Shown piece by piece: positions 11,710 to 24,484 of a DNA stretch of 64,000 nt. Source of the DNA: Eledone cirrhosa (Eukaryota); contig OZ024763.1 in NCBI GenBank assembly GCA_964016885.1, positions 7,316,001 to 7,380,000 on the forward strand, in the 5' to 3' direction. The position numbers were made by a program, and so were the translations under genes. Within the stretch, counting starts at the first letter, position 1. Each line of letters begins with the position of its first letter. Below the pieces are notes generated by a model, which worked only from the letters and a program-made list of their open reading frames with translations, had not been told where the DNA came from and made no database searches.

Positions 11710-12483
11710 ACACACACATATGTATGTATATAAATATGTGTGTGTGTTCATAAGGTCCCCCCCCCCCATCTTTGTATATTTATATGTGGATGTCTATTTC
11801 CACATGGCACATCTGGTCCTCGATGTTGTCACCGCCTGCTTTACGTAGCATCTTAACTATCTAATATTTATTCAGAGAGGTTCTCCCTTCATATCACATA
11901 TTCCTTTCTGACTCCTTGAAAACTTGTCTTGTATCATCGAGTAAAAGAGATCTAAAGAATCTGTCTGATGTTGCTATATATGTATGTAGCGACCTATAAC
12001 TTGTGAGGGAGTTCTAGAGGCCCCACATTGACATTCAGGGTGTCTAGGGTACTTTGTAAAAGTTGACAGATCCCATCTCCACCCCCAGATCTCTTACAAA
12101 GAGTGAGAGAAAGGAATTGAGAAAAAGATATAGAAGAATCGACCCTGGTACTTGTTTCTAACTACCTCGAATGGTACAATAGCGAAACCTAAACTTTGAT
12201 GTACCTATATAAGTCATACCTGTTCTATATGTGATGTACGTACATATATGTATGTAAGTGTACCTGGCGTTGCAAGTTCGGTTTTCGTAAGTGTCTCTGA
12301 GAATTTTTACATGAGCAAACATGTGTCCTGATGATTAGTCAATCGTTATTATGATGGTATATGGTATGTGCTTTTAATATATATGTATGTATATTTACAT
12401 AGAAGTGAGTAAATATGGGTATATATAAATGAAAATGGTCTTTCTAATTGCTAATACTATCTATCGGTCGAAACTCCAGGTAG

Positions 12484-12531
<48 letters not shown>

Positions 12532-14148
12532 TCCTTGGTACAGTCAGGTAAATTTAAAAAAAGGAAAAGAATGACTTCATTTGTAGTTCTAAATCAAATT
12601 GTTTAGAACTACAAGTCAAGTCATTCTTTTCCTTTTTTCAAATATATATATAATGGGAAGAGGTGAGTATTATAACTTTTATAAGAAATAAAAATCTAAA
12701 GACGAGTGATATAATTGTTAATACAGTATTCCAGAAGTAAAATATAGATCTAAAGACGAAAGAAAATTTCATCAACGAAATCGTAATGTACACCAACGAA
12801 AATATAAGTCTACAGAATAGATTAGTAAAATAAAGTTTGAGCAACTAAATGAGAGGTCACTTAACTTTACATATTTATATCGTGAAAAATGTTGATCTTC
12901 AGATATTAAATTATGGATGTGATTGTTTGTCTTTCTTTAAACACAGTCTTCTTTTTAAAATTAATTTTAGATTATTCGTACCTCATCTCTGGTCTCTTTT
13001 GATGGAGTCTACCTGTCCTGTTTATTGGTTTTATTTTAAAAGTAATCCATTGGAACATCAGATATTAAATGAAATGTTACGTAAAAGACACACCATATGT
13101 TTATTCCAGGTATTTAGAGAGATGTCCACTGACAACAAAATAATACAATAAGGAAATGCCATCATCCAGTAAAACTTTGTAATAATCCAGTCTCGTCACA
13201 CTCACCGTTTACAGTAAACAATGGTAAGAACAAACAAAAACAAAAACAAGAGAACTATTCAGCAGTTAATGAAGTGAATACATAAAATAAATTCCTGAAT
13301 AAAATAAATATGACATTATTGCAGACGAAGTTGTTGTAGGTTCAAATCAAGCCTAGAGCAATGAGAAATAGTCTAGATTTACTTTACCTCACACATATTT
13401 CACGGTCATATGTCTATATATATATATATATATATATATAGACATATACATACATATATATATATATATATACATAGATATATATACATATGTAGACATA
13501 TATACATAGATATATATACATATATATGTCGACATATATACACAGATATATATACATATATATGTAGACATATATACATACATACATAAATATATACATA
13601 TATATATATACATATTCTTTCCTGAGACATTCTAACCACATGTCCATAGTATCAGAGCTGTGATCTCTCAGTTGGGAGAAGTAGCAGCTCTACCTGGAGT
13701 GACTCTCTCATCTCTGAGCTTCACACTTTATCAAGTAACATTACTCCAAAGACCCTTTCGAGGAACCCCATTTTGGCTGCTTGTATTCGCTTTTAACTCT
13801 ACTAACTCAGTACTAAGTCAGTACTAAGTTTAGTTAAATCTACTAAATACCATAGTGCAGCACTGAAGCTCTAAAGTGCCATACTGTGGCACCCTAGTTC
13901 GGGAGTTCAATAGTGTGTTACTCTTGTTCCCTATTGCCCTATACACATACATGTATATATATATATATACACACATATATATAAACACATACATATATAT
14001 ATAAACATACATGCTTACGTATATATATATATATATTACGTGTTGAAAATTCTATCAGTTGATAAAACAACAATATGGCATTGAAATATATATTCAACCT
14101 CAAAATTGATTTATTTTCTATTGCAGACTTCCAATGTTATGTTTAGAA

Positions 14149-14214
14149 TTGTTCCTGACGATGTCTTTCTAAAGATGTGTAACATGTAATAGCAATGAAA
14201 CAAGTGTTGATCAA
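14149..14214 (+). ncRNA. Type I hammerhead-like motif (Penelope-type 3' end; also ~50993-51058)
   Basis: ttgttc-CTGACGA-...-GAAAC-aagt-GTT-gatcaa followed by aataaa. Stem I pairs 5 of 6. Confidence 0.4.
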
Positions 14215-14287
14215 ATAAATAATTTATAAACTGTTGAACTTGGTGACTTATTTCTTTGTTTTATATATATATATATAGAGAGAGATA

Positions 14288-14321
<34 letters not shown>

Positions 14322-14450
14322 CGGAATTATTGAATGTTCGAATCTTGCCTATATTGATGAGAAGCTAAGAGAAAACCGAACATCTGCAACAATATTGGTT
14401 CCATATTGAAAGTAGGTTGATATATATTCATTTTCAGTGAGGTTTTACAT

Positions 14451-14522
14451 CCGTTTTGGTGACCCAGTGGTATGTATTAGAGGTGAATGCTTTCCTGGTC
14501 GTGAGTTCGATCTGAATCAGGA
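14451..14522 (+). ncRNA. Double-hairpin tRNA-like element, degenerate
   Basis: Upstream aaagtaggttgatatatatt, A-box-like tgacccagtgg, B box gagttcgatc, tcctggt/atcagga stem. Confidence 0.45.
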
Positions 14523-14589
14523 TATAATCTCACTAAATCTTACATTTTTTCTCTTATAAAATGGAAAAGTAAGACCCCCTTAATGTATG

Positions 14590-14654
14590 TCTTCATTGAA
14601 AACCAAACCAGGTCCTCCACCGTCTCTAATAACCCCCACTAGGCCACCGTAACA
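14590..14654 (-). ncRNA. Double-hairpin tRNA-like element, degenerate, convergent partner
   Basis: Minus strand ggtggcctagtgg...agagacggtggaggacctggt, with the upstream TATA and conserved block on the minus strand. Confidence 0.45.
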
Positions 14655-14782
14655 ATAACAGATACAGAACTAATTGAAATTTAATATATATGAAACTACT
14701 TTCTATTAGCAAGCTAAATAGATGTGGTTACATTCATGCTGGTTCCGTCTTATTAACACTACATAGGACGGTGTCTTGGCAG

Positions 14783-14972
14783 AGGCGGTGTATTAGCAGA
14801 ATCGGTAGAGGTTCAAACGCTATGCTTCCCAGCATAGAGTTACGGCCCTTGCCATTCTGAGTTCAAATCCCGCCGAGGTTAACTTTGCCTTTCATCTTTA
14901 CAGGGTCGATAAAATAAAGTACCAGTAATACACTGGGATAATTGCTGGCCTTGTGCCAAAATTAGAAACAAT
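14783..14972 (+). mobile_element. Near full-length tRNA-derived SINE (also ~51640-51829)
   Basis: A box tagcagaatcggtag, B box gagttcaaatccc, central ctttgcctttcatc...gggtcgataaaataaagtaccag resembling the conserved Meta-type SINE core, and tail agaaacaat. Confidence 0.9.
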
Positions 14973-15894
14973 ATAACATATAAATATTTATTTATATATA
15001 TATGTGTGTGTGTTTTATTTGAACGTACAACTTCGCTATATAAATCTGTTTTTATTTGTTAATAATTACATAAATGTAACTCTACAAACCCTGCTAAGGA
15101 TTGAAACCCTGACTACACATTTACAGCAACAACATAATAATTTCTGGTTTAAAATAACCTTGTGTAATTCTTGGTAGAGATTGAACCTCGTCACTTTATC
15201 TCACTGTTTAGTCTTTCCAATTAACACCCTATATAAAGGCAGTTTGTTCTGACTTCACAGCTGATGTTCACAGTTGTCGAATAATTACCACCACTCATGC
15301 TAAACACACTGCCAGTTAGATCTGTGCAGCGATGAGGGAAGGTCGTGTTACTTCTACCGCTAATGAACAACATACATATGTTATCCATTAGAGAACAATA
15401 CACAAGAGAAAGAATTAAATTGAGAATGTCAATCTATGGAGACATCTTACAATATTTTTTGGGATGTAAGACCCCCTTAGTTTTAAGAACAAATGTACTG
15501 AAACACGAAATAAGAAATTAATTGAAATGGAACACACATAGATTTCAAGACATGTTTATTTTCAAGACAAAATGATTGGGGGAAGTGTAAATATGCAGCT
15601 ATCCTTGTTCATGGAGTGTGTGTATATATATGTATATATATATATGTTTATTATATTCGTACCTTTAAGGAAAGGGAAGACGGTTTTTTATTTTTTTATT
15701 TTTTTGTTTTTTTTTTGTTTTTTCGGGTAGAAAAGTACCCCTTATTCCCCACCCCACAAAAAAATATATTTCGAATATGTATATTTTAATTGAAAGGTGG
15801 CTAACCATGTTAAAGGCAAAAAGTAGCAAGTGAGACGATAGGAATAATAATTTACCTAGCTAAATGCAAACAAATTTTAAATTATCGATGAATG

Positions 15895-16260
15895 ATATGA
15901 GCGACACCACGTAGAGTATTCCGTAGGGACATGGACGCACGACAAAAAATAAAACAAAAGAATTAAGAAATCTGTCTTGAGAATAAAGATGTAAAAACTT
16001 AGAAATTACAACTTGGGAGGAGATAAAACAAAGGGGAGACATGATAGAAATATTTAAGATGATGGAAGGACTTGACATTACGGAAGAAAATGTAAATCTA
16101 AGAAGAGGATACCATTATACTGTTTATAAGATACAATGCTCTAAAGACATCAGAAAATATATATTTCTCAAAGAGATATTAGTGAATGGAATAGTTTAAA
16201 TGATGGAGTAGACGACACAACAGTAAATGATGATAAAAATATATGACAGATGAAGAACGA
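15895..16260 (+). mobile_element. Degenerate CR1/L2-clade LINE 3' fragment (paralogs ~19640-20050, 23930-24350, 30760-31140, 52735-53130, 56495-56900, 59915-60320)
   Basis: Translates to RGDMIEIFKMMEG and EWNSL, matching the CR1-type RT tail (TTLEERRLRGDMIEVFKI...WNSL). Confidence 0.8.
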
Positions 16261-18186
16261 ATGAATAGATTAAATAATATTTGTGATGCTGAGTAAAAGT
16301 GAGCAGAAAGCATTGTAGTGAATTTGATCATGCTATGGCAATAAGAAAAGAACTCAGTAAATCTCGCAACGCTTCAAAATATATCAACTAACTTAGAATG
16401 GTATCAATTGGCTTGGACATAACTACAGTTTAGTCGTCACTCCATGAATTTGTTCACGGTGAATATATTTTACATGAAAATATACAGAGATCCGTCTTCC
16501 ATGATGTAGATTACGATAATGTCGGTGAAACTCATTAATTTACTTCAAATACTTTCATTATTGTATGTAGTTAAGTTCGTTAAAGATTTCGTGTACTAAA
16601 AACTTACGTACTGTGTTTGTAGTCGGCTAAATATAAACTTGAAAATTCGTTAATTATGCCTGTCTTCGAATCTCATGTTGATAAAGTATAATATCAATCA
16701 GAATAATGTCATAGATTTTCTACATAATCGGAATGTCATTTCTAAAACTACGAATTACTTGAAAAATTACAAAACACAACACAAAAACAATGTTTACCTT
16801 CGAAAGTATATGTCTATAAAATATGTATTATTAGAAGTAAGTTTTAAGAAAACGAGTCAGATGTGAGAGGAGGGGCATTAAACTATATTTATGTCGTGAA
16901 AAATGTCTAACTTCAGACATTAAATTGCGGCTGAGATTCTTTCTGCTATCGAGTGTTCCTTTGAACGTCAATTTTTAAATATTTGTCTCTCTTTAAAGAT
17001 GGATTATCTTTTGAAAAACTAATGTTAGATTATTCGTGGTTGGTCTGTGTGGTTTGTTTTAAAATAGAATCTGTCTCATAGACAGGTCAAATTTGATCAA
17101 GTCGAACATGTCTGTAAAACGAAATATTGCGTAAAAGACACACCTTATGTTTATCTCGGGTATTGCGGTAGATATCCTGATGTCTCCAGTTTGTAAAGTA
17201 ATCCACAAAGCAAAAGACAACATCCAGTTAACCTTGGTAATCCAGTTTCGCCGTAGCCGCCATTTGCAATAGAATATAAGCAGAAACAAAAACAAAAGGC
17301 CACACTGGACAGTTAATGTATTGAAAATCACAATAAAAATAAAACTACTGAATAAAAATGTCTTACTGTCATTATTTATTTTTTTTCATTTATTTATTGC
17401 TAACACATACTTTAACTAATATATATATATATATATATACACACATAGATAAACTCTCTTTGTTTGTAACTGAGGCAGAAGTCAGAATTTTACGGTGAGA
17501 ATTCGATCGATTAAATTGATCCCACTATGTGACTGGTACTATATTTTATCTCTCCAAAAATAAAAATGTTAAATTAATCAGGGCCAGATTTTCACCGAGA
17601 TGAGAACACAAAAAGGTGAAGTAATATCAATTAAAAATTTATGTGTTATTATTTTATCATTTAGTTACAAAGTCGTGTGAGACTTGGTAGTTAAGTATTT
17701 AATGTAGTTTGTGGTGCTGTCAGGAGTTCAATATTTAGCTGCGGATATAGAATTTCTTTTATTTTTAAGAAACGAAAAACATACATATCGCTATTTAGTT
17801 GAAATTGTATAAAATTACTGCAAAACATATCATTGTAGGTTCAGATCTTACACTGCTACATATATTATCTATATAGAAATCGGGTTTAACAATTTACGGG
17901 CGTATTGTACGAGGTGGGAATATTTCACACACACACAAACCAGGTATGATAGATTTAAAGTTAGTAAATATTATTGTAGACGGGGACATTGTAGGTTCAA
18001 ATCAACCGTAGAGCGATAAGAAACAAAGTGAAGATTTAATTTATCAAAGACCCAGGAGGATGAAAGACAGAGTCGACCATTTTAGTATTTATAACATTGA
18101 GTAAGGCATGAACGCCACCACATCAATTTTGCTTGAAAATAGTAAAGTAGGTTTATAAATATTAATTTTCAATCACTTTTTGTAGC

Positions 18187-18258
18187 AAGTTTCGGTGGCC
18201 TTGTGGAAGGTATGGGAGACGGTGAAGATCCTGGTGTCGGGTTCAATCTTGGCCAGGA
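18187..18258 (+). ncRNA. Double-hairpin tRNA-like Pol III element
   Basis: TTTATAAATA at ~18152, A box tggccttgtgg, B box ggttcaatc, stems gtttc/gagac and tcctggt/gccagga, T7 at ~18289. Confidence 0.65.
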
Positions 18259-18332
18259 CTAGAGGGGTCTTAGTGAAAAAATTAAAAGTTTTTTTATTTT
18301 ATCTCTAGTAAAATGAAAAGCGTTAGTGTAGT

Positions 18333-18404
18333 TCCTGGTCGAGATTGAACCCTAGACCAGGATCTTCACCGTCTCTATCACATACCATTAGCCCACAGAG
18401 ACTG
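18333..18404 (-). ncRNA. Double-hairpin tRNA-like Pol III element, convergent partner
   Basis: Stems gtctct/agagac and a perfect tcctggtc/gaccagga, TATA on the minus strand at ~18429-18438, T4 downstream. Confidence 0.65.
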
Positions 18405-18864
18405 CCACAAAAGTACTATGAACATTTATATTTATAAAGCAACTTTTCTATATCCAATCAAACTTGATGTGGTGGCCTTCATGTCTTTTTCTATGTTATT
18501 CGCACTACCAACGACCGACCTTGTATTTTATTCCTCTGGAGCTTTCAGAAACCCACCTTGTATTTCCAAGCATAATAGATGTTGGGGCATTCATGCCTTT
18601 CTCAGCATTATCAATACTTCAAAAGGATCGACATGGGATTTTTATTCTTCTGGCAATTTCAGAAAATATATCTTCACTTACTTTCTCTAAGGTTCATTTC
18701 ATCTTCCAACTCGATAATCTGCAGTGGCCTTCTTCAACTGTCATACCTCACTATTAAATTTATTGATGTCCTTCGTTAAAAATAACCTACTGTAATTCTT
18801 GATAGAGATTCAACCCTATCACTTTATCTCACTATTTATTCAGGGACCAAGATCGGAGAATGTT

Positions 18865-18925
18865 GATAAGGGCAGAAGATTGTATCCTTATTTGGTCCGA
18901 CTTTCCAGTTAACCCGGTATAAAAA
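18865..18925 (+). promoter_or_regulatory. GATA + CArG box + TATA promoter-like module (paralogs 22322-22383, 30023-30081, ~55719-55779, ~59145-59205, ~62585-62645; TATA only at 15230 and ~52085)
   Basis: GATAAG at 18865, a perfect CC(A/T)6GG (CCTTATTTGG) at 18886-18895 and TATAAAAA at 18918. Spacing is conserved between diverged subunits. Confidence 0.5.
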
Positions 18926-21634
18926 TGGCACTATGTTGGGACTTAACGCTAAACACGTGATGTTCACCGTTGTCAGCTAAACACACTGCCAGTTTGCTAT
19001 CTGCAGCGGTGAAAGAAGGTCGTGTTATTTCTACCTCTCACATACCACATACATTCTTTTATCGGTTAGATAACCATATAGAAGAGATAGAATGAATATG
19101 AGAATGTCAGTCTTTTAAAAGTATAGTTTATTATATTAGAGCAAAATCTTGAATTAACGATAGTTTGTGACACTAAACGTAAAATGGACGAAGCAACAAT
19201 ACGAACATTGTAAAACAAATTAATTATTATAAGAAGGAGAAATGATTGCATCTTCAAGGGCCACACAATCTATTGAAAATCGAAATGAGATATTGATTGA
19301 AATGGAACACTCACGGAGACATCATACGGCATTTTTCGGAATATATTGTTTCGAGGAAGAGTTATAAATAGGGATATACTTATACATGGCTAGTACGAAC
19401 ATATATAATTATCATATTCGTATCTTGGATATATAAGACGCCAGCAGGTTTTAACATCGAATTTTTATGTAAAAATGTGTCTCTTGTTTCACCCACCCCA
19501 ACAAAATCGGAATATGTAACAATTTGAATTTAAGGTTAACTAACCATCTCACATAAAAAAACCCACAACACCAAGTCGGATTATAGGAATGATAAAATAT
19601 TACTATACCTACCAACATACAGAAATATTGAAACTCTAGATAAATGATATGTGTGATACTACTTAGAATATTATTTGCAGGTATGGTCACCCGACTTCCG
19701 AAAGGAGAGAGAAGCTATTGAAGGAATCCAGAGAAGAAAGAAGCATGAAATACCAGAATTATTAACAAATCTGTCTTGACAAGAAAGGTGTAAAAATCTA
19801 GGAATTACAACTTTGGAGGAGATAAAACTAAGGGGAGACACGACAGAAATATGTATGATAATGAAAGGACTTGAAAATCAGAAGAAAATGTAAGAAGAGG
19901 ACACCATTATACTGTTTATAAGATACAATGCTCTAAAGACATCAGAAAATATATATTTCTCAAAGAGATATTAGTGAATTGAATAGTTTAAATGATGGAG
20001 TAGACGACACAACAGTAAATGATTATAAAAAGATATGACAGATGAAGAACGAATGAATAGATTGAAATATTTGTGATGCTGAGTAAAAGTGAGCGGAAAG
20101 CATTGTCGTGAATTTGAACTTGCTATGCCTTCCAATCTCATATTGAAAACGTATAATATTAATCAGGATAATGTCATAGATTTTCTACATGATCGGAATG
20201 ACAATTCTAAAACTACGAATTACTAGAAAAGGTGAAAATATAAACAAAACACAACATTATATCTCTATAAAATATGTATTATTGGAGGATTTGAGGAAAG
20301 GAATCGGATATGAGAGGAGGGGCATTAAACTATATTTATGTCGTGAAAAATGTCTAACTTCAGACATTAAATTGTGGCTGAGATTCTTTCTGCCATCGAG
20401 TGTTCCTTTGAACGTCAGTTTTTAAATATTTGTCTCTTTAAAGATGGATTATCTTTTGTAAAACTAATTTTAGATTATTCATGGTTGGTCTGTGTGGTTT
20501 GTTTTGAAATAGCATCTCTGTCTCGTCGACAGGTCAAATTTGATCAAGTCGAACACAAGTCTTTAAAGCGAAATATTGCGTAAAAGACAGACCTTATGTT
20601 TATCTCGGGTATTGCGGTAAATATCCTGATGTCTCAAGTTTGTAAAGTAATCCAAGAAGCAAAAGACAACATCCAGTAAACCTTGGTAATAATCCAGTTT
20701 CTCCGTAGCCGCCATTTGCAATAGAAAATAAGAAGAAACAAAAACAAAAGGCACACTGGGCAGTTAATGTATTGAAAATCATAATAAAAATAAAACTACT
20801 GAATAAAAATGTCTTACTTTTATTATTTAATTTGTTTCATTTAATTATTGCTAACACATACTTTAATATATATGTATATATTTACACATACAGATACACT
20901 CTCTTTGTTTGTAACTGAGGCAAAAGGCAGAAATTTACGGGGAGAATTCGATCATTTAAATTGGTCCCACTATGTGACTCGTACTATATTTTATCTATCC
21001 AAAAATAAAAATGTTAAATTAATCAGGGCCAGATTTTCACCGAGATGAGAACACAAAAAGGTGAAGTAATATCAATTAAAAATTTATGTGTTATTATTTT
21101 ATCATTTAGTTACAAAGTCGTGTGAGACTTGGTAGTTAAGTATTTAATGTAGTTTGTGGTGCTGTCAGGAGTTCAATATTTAGCTGCGGATATAGAATTT
21201 CTTTTATTTTTAAGAAACGAAAAACATATACATATCGCTATTTAGTTGAAATTGTGTAAAATTACTGCAAAACATATCATTGTAGGTTCAGATCTTAAAC
21301 TGCTACATATATTATCTATATAGAAATCGTGTTTAACAATTTACGGGCGTATTGTACGAGGTGGCTATATTTCACACACACACAAACCAGGTATGATAGA
21401 TTTAAAGTTAGTAAATATTATTGTAGACGAGGACATTGTAGGTTCAAATCAACCGTAGAGCGATAAGAAACAAAGTGAAGATTTAATTTATCAAAGACCC
21501 AGGAGGATGAAAGACAAAGTCGACCCTTTTTAGTATTTATAACATTGAGTAAGGCATGAACGCCACCACATCAATTTTGCTTGAAAATAGTAAAGTAGAT
21601 TTATAAATATTAATTTTCCATAACTTTTTGTAGC

Positions 21635-21706
21635 AAGTTTCGGTGGCCTGGTGGAAGGTATGAGAGACGGTGAAGATACTGGTCTCGGGTTCAATCTTGG
21701 CCAAGA
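21635..21706 (+). ncRNA. Double-hairpin tRNA-like Pol III element
   Basis: TATA at ~21600, A box tggcctggtgg, B box ggttcaatc. Confidence 0.65.
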
Positions 21707-21780
21707 CTAGAGGTGTCTTAATGAAAAAATTCAAAAATTTTTCATTTTATCTCTAGTAAAATGAAAAACGTTAGTGTAGT

Positions 21781-21852
21781 TCCTGGCCGAGATTGAACCA
21801 GAGACTAGGATCTTCACCGTCTCTATCACATACCATTAGCCCACAGAGACTG
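21781..21852 (-). ncRNA. Double-hairpin tRNA-like Pol III element, convergent partner
   Basis: Homologous to 18333-18404. Confidence 0.65.
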
Positions 21853-23059
21853 CCACAAAAGTACTATGAAAATTTATATTTATAAAGCTACTTTTCTATA
21901 TCCAAGCAAACTTGATGTGGTGGCCTTCATGTCTTTCTCCATGTTATTCGCACTACCAACGACCGACCTTGTATTTTATTAATCTGGAGCTTTCAGAAAC
22001 CTACCTTGTATTTCCAAGCATAATAGATGTTGTGGCATTCATGCCCTTCTCAGCATTATCAATACTTCGAAAGGGTCGACATTGGATTTTTATTCTTCTG
22101 GCAATTTGAGAAAATATATCTTCACTTACTTTCTCTAAGGTTCATTTCATCCTACAACCCGATAATCTGCAGTGGCCTTCTTCAACTGTCATACCTCACT
22201 ATTAAATTTATTGATGTCCTTCGTTAAAAATAACCTACTGTAATTCTTGATAGAGATTCAACCCTATCACTTTATCTCACTGCTTATTCAGGGACCAAGG
22301 TCCTCAATCTCAGAGAATATTGATAAGGAGAGCAGATTGTATCCTTATTTGGTCCGTCTTTCCAGTTAACACGGTATATAAATGGTACTTTGTTGGGATT
22401 TAACACTAAACACGTGACGTTCACCGTTGTCAGCTAAACACACTGCCAGTTTGCTATCTGCAGCGGTGAAAGAAGGTCGTGTTATTTCTACATCTCACAT
22501 ACATTGTTTTATTCATTAGATAACAATATAGAAGATAAAGAATGAATGTGAGAATGTCAGTCTTTTAAAAGTACAATTTATGATATTAAAGCAAAATCTT
22601 GAATTAACGATAGTTTGTGAAACTAAAGTTAAAATGGACGAAGCAACAATTGTATGACAAATTGTTTATTGATAAGAAGGAGAAATGATTGCATCTTCAA
22701 CGGCAATACAATCTATTGAAAATCGAACACTTACAGAGACCTCATACAGGATTTTTCGGAATACATTTTGAAGAAGAGTTAAAAATAGGGAGATACATAT
22801 ACATGGCTAGTATATACTTTAATTATCATATTTGTATCTTGAACGTATAAGACGCCAGCAAGTTTTAACATCGAATACTGATGTAAAATTGTGTTTTTTT
22901 GTTTCACCCACCCCCAACAAATGTGGAATATGTATCAATTTGAATTTAAAGGTAGCTAACCATCTCACAGGAAAAGACCACAACACCAAGTCGGATTATA
23001 GGAATGATGAAATATTACTTTACCTACCTAAATACAGAAATATTAAAACTCTAGATAAA

Positions 23060-23450
23060 TGATATGTGTGATACTACTTAGAATATTATTTGCAGGTCTG
23101 GTCACCCGACTTCCGAAAGGAGAGAGAAGCTATTGAAGGAATCCAGAGAAGAAAAAAGCATGAAATACCAGAATTCTTGAGAAGAAAGCTGTAAAAAGCC
23201 AGGAATTACGACTTTGGAGGAGATAAAGCTAAGGGGAGACATGATAGAAATATTTAAGATAATGAAAGGATTTGAAATTACAGAAGAAAATGTAAGAAGA
23301 GGACACCATTATACTGTTTATAAGATACAATGTTCTAAAGACATCAGAAAATATATATTTCTCAAAGAGATATTAGTGAATGGAATAGTTTAAATGATGG
23401 AGTAGACGACACAACAGTAAATGATTATAAAAAGATATGACAGATGAAGA
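23060..23450 (+). mobile_element. CR1/L2-clade LINE 3' fragment (also ~63320-63712)
   Basis: Reads GITTLEEIKLRGDMIEIFKIMKGFE, followed by ISEWNSL. Confidence 0.85.
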
Positions 23451-24430
23451 ACGAAATATTTGTGATGCTGAGTAAAAGTGAGCAGAAAGCATTGTAGTGA
23501 ATTTGATCATGCTATGGCAATAAGAAAAGAACTCAGTAAATCTCGCAATACTTCAAAATATATCAACTAACTTAGAATTGTATCAACTGGCTTGGACATA
23601 ACTACAGTTTAGTCGTCAATCCATGTTAACGGTGAATCTAATTTCATGAAAATATACAGAGATCTGTCTTCCATCCTTGGTGTGTATATAAATGTATGGA
23701 AATAGGAAAATCTGCTTCGTAGAATCAAGACGTATCTGAGGACCTTACGATTTTCAGTCAGGTTCGATCATCAAACGAGCTTCTTATACCCCTCACAGAA
23801 GAATTGTGAATATGTATGAATATGAATTGAAAGATGACTAACCATGTTGAAGCAAAACAGGGAGACGGATAATAGAAATAATAAAACATTCTTTTTCCTA
23901 GTTAAATGCTGAAATATCTAAAACTCTAGATGAATATGTGTGATACCACTGAGAATATTGTTTTGGGCCATGGTCAACTGACCTCCGAAGAAACGGTGAG
24001 GCTCTTGAAGCAACCCAGAGAGGAGAAAACAGAAGACACTAGAATTATTTAGGGATCTGTCTTGTGAAGGAAGATGAGAAACTTTTGTAAATTTAGAGGA
24101 GATAAATCTTAGGGGAGACAAGACAAAAATATAAAGACTATTTAAATATTAGTACACTATTCCATATAAATACCAAGACTTGAAACTATCAACATTAGTT
24201 CACTATACCAAGGACAAACACATAGAATTACAACTTTGGAGGAGATTAATCAAACGAGTGACGTGATAGAAATATTTAAAATAATGAAAGTACTTCAAAA
24301 TACAGAATTGGGGAAGAAAATGTAAATATAAGAAGAGATGACCATTGTACTATGTATAACATAACAATGCTCCTTACATTTATCCCAGGTATATAGAGGG
24401 ATATTCCGATGTCCACTGTTTGTAAAATAA

Positions 24431-24484
24431 TTGTTTCTACTTTAGGCACAAGGCCAGCAATTACCCAGTGCATTACTGGTACTT
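24431..24484 (-). mobile_element. 5'-truncated SINE tail with target-site duplication
   Basis: Flanked by tttgtaaaataa direct repeats. The paralog at ~10714 lacks the insert. Confidence 0.8.

Noticed and set aside
13389-14012. Y/I/M/C-rich ORFs
   Set aside because: They are translations of (TA)n/(TACA)n microsatellites.
17059-17331. Family of small hydrophobic proteins on the minus strand (also 10638, 20600, 24276)
   Set aside because: Paralogs switch frames and have different stops and non-ATG starts. The similarity reflects DNA paralogy only.
18187-18404. Canonical tRNA genes
   Set aside because: No acceptor stem or anticodon arm can be formed; only the D and T arms are tRNA-like.
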